A stretch of DNA of 29,951 nt from an uncultured Myxococcales bacterium (GTDB lineage: Bacteria; Myxococcota_A; UBA9042; CAIXZC01). Both the position numbers and the translations under genes were made by a program. This document shows positions 27,281 through 29,951 of the stretch, piece after piece. Under the pieces are notes generated by a model. It was not told where the DNA came from, did not search any database, and saw only the letters and a list, made by a program, of their open reading frames with translations. Within the stretch, counting starts at the first letter, position 1. Every line of letters starts with the position of its first letter. The stretch covers positions 1 to 29,951 of the forward strand of contig CAZNWW010000002.1 of the NCBI GenBank assembly GCA_964576155.1, written 5' to 3'.

Positions 27281-27778
27281 TCAGTCCCTGGCGGCCAGGT
27301 ACGTCCGCTCGATGAGATCGCAGAGGCCTTCGAAGTCGTTGATGTCGAAGGTTGGGACGCCGAGATCCAGGTCGAGGTCAGTGGCCAGGGCGATCATCTC
27401 GTCGACCGCGCAGACCGGCTCGGAGGAGCGGGCTGCACGGACGACCTCGATCTTTGGTTTCGCTGCGGTCTTGTAGCCCTCCGTGAGGACGATATCCGCG
27501 TCGTCACCGAGCAACGCGACGAGCTGATCCAGGTTCAACTCCGCGTCGACCCGGTGGACCATGGCGAACTTGGCCGGGGATGAGATCAAGGTTGCGTGGG
27601 CGCCGGCCTGGAAATGGCGCCAGGTGTCCTTTCCCTCGTGATCGATGTCAAAGGAATGTGCGTCGTGCTTGATCGTGACCACGCGGTGGCCGCGACGGGT
27701 CAGCTCGCCGATGAGCTTCTCCAGCAGGGTGGTCTTCCCGCTGTTCGATTTTCCGACCACAGAGACGACTGGGATCAT
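27281..27778 (-). CDS. mobB: Molybdopterin-guanine dinucleotide biosynthesis protein B
   Basis: VVGKSNSGKTTLLEKLI, IKHDAH.FDIDHEGKDTWRH, DIVLTEGYK, PKIEVVR. Confidence 0.93.
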   Translation of the reverse strand: MIPVVSVVGKSNSGKTTLLEKLIGELTRRGHRVVTIKHDAHSFDIDHEGKDTWRHFQAGAHATLISSPAKFAMVHRVDAELNLDQLVALLGDDADIVLTEGYKTAAKPKIEVVRAARSSEPVCAVDEMIALATDLDLDLGVPTFDINDFEGLCDLIERTYLAARD

Positions 27779-27793
27779 GGAGGCCCTCCTGGT

Positions 27794-29041
27794 CTATAGG
27801 GGTACGTCTTCCGGGTAGATGACCTGTACCACACCTGTGTCGCCCGCGGCGACCTTGTCGGTGTCTTCGGGGAGCACCAGGAGCCCGTGGGCCCGGGTCA
27901 TCGCCCGCAGCGCGCCGGAGCCCTGTGTCCCGGCAGGGCGTGCGACGAGGCGACCGTCCTCTCGGGACAGCACCACGCTGACGAAGTAGCGGAGCCCTGG
28001 ACGCTTCCTGAGATCCTCGCCGATGGTGACCTCGACCAGTTGGCGCTCGGTGACCGGACGCCCCGACATCTCGAGGATCGCCGGGCGGACATACTGCTCG
28101 AAGCTGGTCATCGCCGCTGTCGGGTTGCCAGGTAGGCCGAAGAGTGGAGTCTCCCCGATGATCCCGAAAGCCATCGGCTTCCCCGGGCGCTGCTTCACCT
28201 TCCAGAAGAGCATCTGCCCGAGGTCGTCGAGGATCGTCTTCACCAGATCATAGTCGCCCACGGAGACACCGCCACTGGTGACGATGGCGTCCGCAGTGCA
28301 GGCACGGGCGATCACTGCCCTGAGGTCTTCCTCGGTGTCTCGCGCTATCGGCTCGATGCGTGGCACGGCGCCGCATTCGAGCACCTGAGTGGCGAGGGAG
28401 TAGGCATTGCTGTTGCGGATCTTCCCCGGCTGAAGTGGTTCACTTACATCGATGAGCTCGTCACCGGTGGAGATCACCGCAATCACGGGCCTCGGGATCA
28501 CCCGGATCTCCGGACGACCGAGGTTGGCGAGCATGCCGATGGCGCCGGCTCGGAGACGCATGCCCCTGGGCAGTATCTCGTCACCCACGGCCACGTCTTC
28601 ACCGGCTCTGCGTATGTTCTGTCCGTCCCAGGCGGCCGCGAAGACTCGGACGATCCCGTCGCTTGAATCTGTCTCCTCGACCTTGACCACCGAGTCAGCG
28701 CCCTCGGGCACCGGGGCGCCGGTCATGATTCGGATCGCCTCGCCTGGTCCCACCTCGTGGGTGGCGACCTGGCCCGCGGGCAGATCCTCAAGGACCCGGA
28801 GCGTTACCGGTCGGTCCCGAGAGGCATCGGAGATATCGTTGTGCCGTAGTGCGTAGCCATCCATGGCCGAGTTATCGAAGAGTGGGAAGGGCTCGCCCGC
28901 GATGACGTCCTCTGCGAGGACACACCCCCACGCATCCATCAGCGGGACGGTCCGCGCCGGGAGGGTGTCGACCTGACCAAGGATCAAGGTCTTCACGTCA
29001 TCGACGCCGATCCCTACTTTCGGCTCACCTTTATCACTCAT
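27794..29041 (-). CDS. moeA: Molybdopterin molybdotransferase MoeA
   Basis: PLFDNSAMDGYA, IRIMTGAPVP.GAD.VV.VE, ISTGDEL, TSGGVSVGDYD, QRPGKP, GLPGNP, QGSG.L. Confidence 0.95.
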   Translation of the reverse strand: MSDKGEPKVGIGVDDVKTLILGQVDTLPARTVPLMDAWGCVLAEDVIAGEPFPLFDNSAMDGYALRHNDISDASRDRPVTLRVLEDLPAGQVATHEVGPGEAIRIMTGAPVPEGADSVVKVEETDSSDGIVRVFAAAWDGQNIRRAGEDVAVGDEILPRGMRLRAGAIGMLANLGRPEIRVIPRPVIAVISTGDELIDVSEPLQPGKIRNSNAYSLATQVLECGAVPRIEPIARDTEEDLRAVIARACTADAIVTSGGVSVGDYDLVKTILDDLGQMLFWKVKQRPGKPMAFGIIGETPLFGLPGNPTAAMTSFEQYVRPAILEMSGRPVTERQLVEVTIGEDLRKRPGLRYFVSVVLSREDGRLVARPAGTQGSGALRAMTRAHGLLVLPEDTDKVAAGDTGVVQVIYPEDVPL

Positions 29042-29069
29042 CGGGTATCACTCGTGCCCGGTGGAGAAC

Positions 29070-29951
29070 TCAAGAATGCGTGGGCCTCCTCTTGGCCTGA
29101 GGCAGGGCCCGCTGGACCCGATCGACCAGGATTCCAATAACGAACGCCAACGCCAGATTCGACGTTACCAGACCGACGGTCCCGATCGCCAGGGCCAGGG
29201 TCAACTTCCATCGGTAATGGAGCATGTCCTTCATCAGGCCGATGTGCTGGAGGCCGATGTAAGCCATGAGTACACCGATGGTGACCGGCGGGATCGCCAG
29301 GAAGAGTGTGTGTGTGGAGCCGCCGAAGATCAGGGCCAGCAAGATGAGGCCGATACCCAGCATCACGGGAGCTGCGCCGCTGCGTGCGCCGAGCCGATAA
29401 TGCGCAGTGAGGCCGCCCGATCCGTGACACATGGGCATGCTCCCCACGAAGGCGGCAAACCAGTTGCCCACGGCCAGGGTTGTTGAGAGACGGGTGGACG
29501 TGACGTGGTTTCCCTTGTCGCCGAAGTAGGTCTTTGCGCAGTCTTCGGTGGCGACGATAGCGTTTCCGAGGGTCAACGGGATCTGAGGCACCGCCAGGAC
29601 CGTGATGCCCAGGACCCAGTTGGACCAGGACGGGAACACGGCCTGAGGCGTCTGGGGTCCGAAGCTCAAGTCGGGCAGGACGGCCCAGCCGCCGAATACA
29701 AGAACCACGAGACCGGACGCGAAGAGGATCAAAAGGACCGACGGGAAGGTCCTCCATTTCTGGCCGAGGAGCAAGAACCCCCCAACACAGATCGCAAGGA
29801 CGATCGCAACCACGCCTGGGAGAGCAATGCTCCCGGCAGAGAAGGTCGGCTGGAGACCGAGCAGGAATCCCTTCTTGAGGAGGATCAGCCCGACCCCGAG
29901 CTGGATGCCGCGAACGATCGGACGCGTGAAGAGGCTCGAGAGCTTCCCGGC
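29070..29951 (-). CDS. MOT1-type sulfate/molybdate transporter, C-terminal part (start outside the window)
   Basis: The frame is open from 29951: RPIVRGIQLGVGLILL, VPQIPLTLGNAIVAT, MPMCHGSGGLTAHYRLGARSG. These are MOT1-family signature motifs; the gene lies immediately upstream of moeA-mobB. Confidence 0.85.
   Translation of the reverse strand, partial: AGKLSSLFTRPIVRGIQLGVGLILLKKGFLLGLQPTFSAGSIALPGVVAIVLAICVGGFLLLGQKWRTFPSVLLILFASGLVVLVFGGWAVLPDLSFGPQTPQAVFPSWSNWVLGITVLAVPQIPLTLGNAIVATEDCAKTYFGDKGNHVTSTRLSTTLAVGNWFAAFVGSMPMCHGSGGLTAHYRLGARSGAAPVMLGIGLILLALIFGGSTHTLFLAIPPVTIGVLMAYIGLQHIGLMKDMLHYRWKLTLALAIGTVGLVTSNLALAFVIGILVDRVQRALPQAKRRPTHS

Overview
A GC-rich bacterial window with a Myxococcota/deltaproteobacterial character: many Cys/Asp-rich repeat lipoproteins, inferred from protein style only. 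Housekeeping genes (EamA-type transporter fragment, ettA, MFS transporter, mobB, moeA, MOT1-type molybdate transporter) flank accessory material. The most interesting region is a co-oriented minus-strand run at 3022-10163. It starts with a 65-aa lipoprotein whose lipobox Cys is followed directly by Tyr-Gly (CYG), translationally coupled to a radical SAM/SPASM enzyme; this is a candidate splicease-type modification of a lipid-anchored peptide. It continues with a tightly coupled four-gene operon (CruF-like membrane hydratase, stand-alone HHxxxDG condensation/acyltransferase, two GT-C-fold glycosyltransferase paralogues) that looks like an uncharacterised envelope glycolipid pathway. The arsenosugar-type locus at 19277-21394 appears to be decaying: arsS is frameshifted, and the glycosyltransferase has an internal deletion and is fused in frame, through a 7-nt microhomology, to an unrelated C2-like protein. 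Just upstream is a 178-bp MITE-like element separating two halves of a lipoprotein-like ORF. Two giant surface lipoproteins share an N-terminal module but have different repeat stalks and tips. GTGG-type REP hairpins occur at two sites. No rRNA, tRNA or CRISPR array was recognised. All family assignments come from motif recognition by eye, not database searches.
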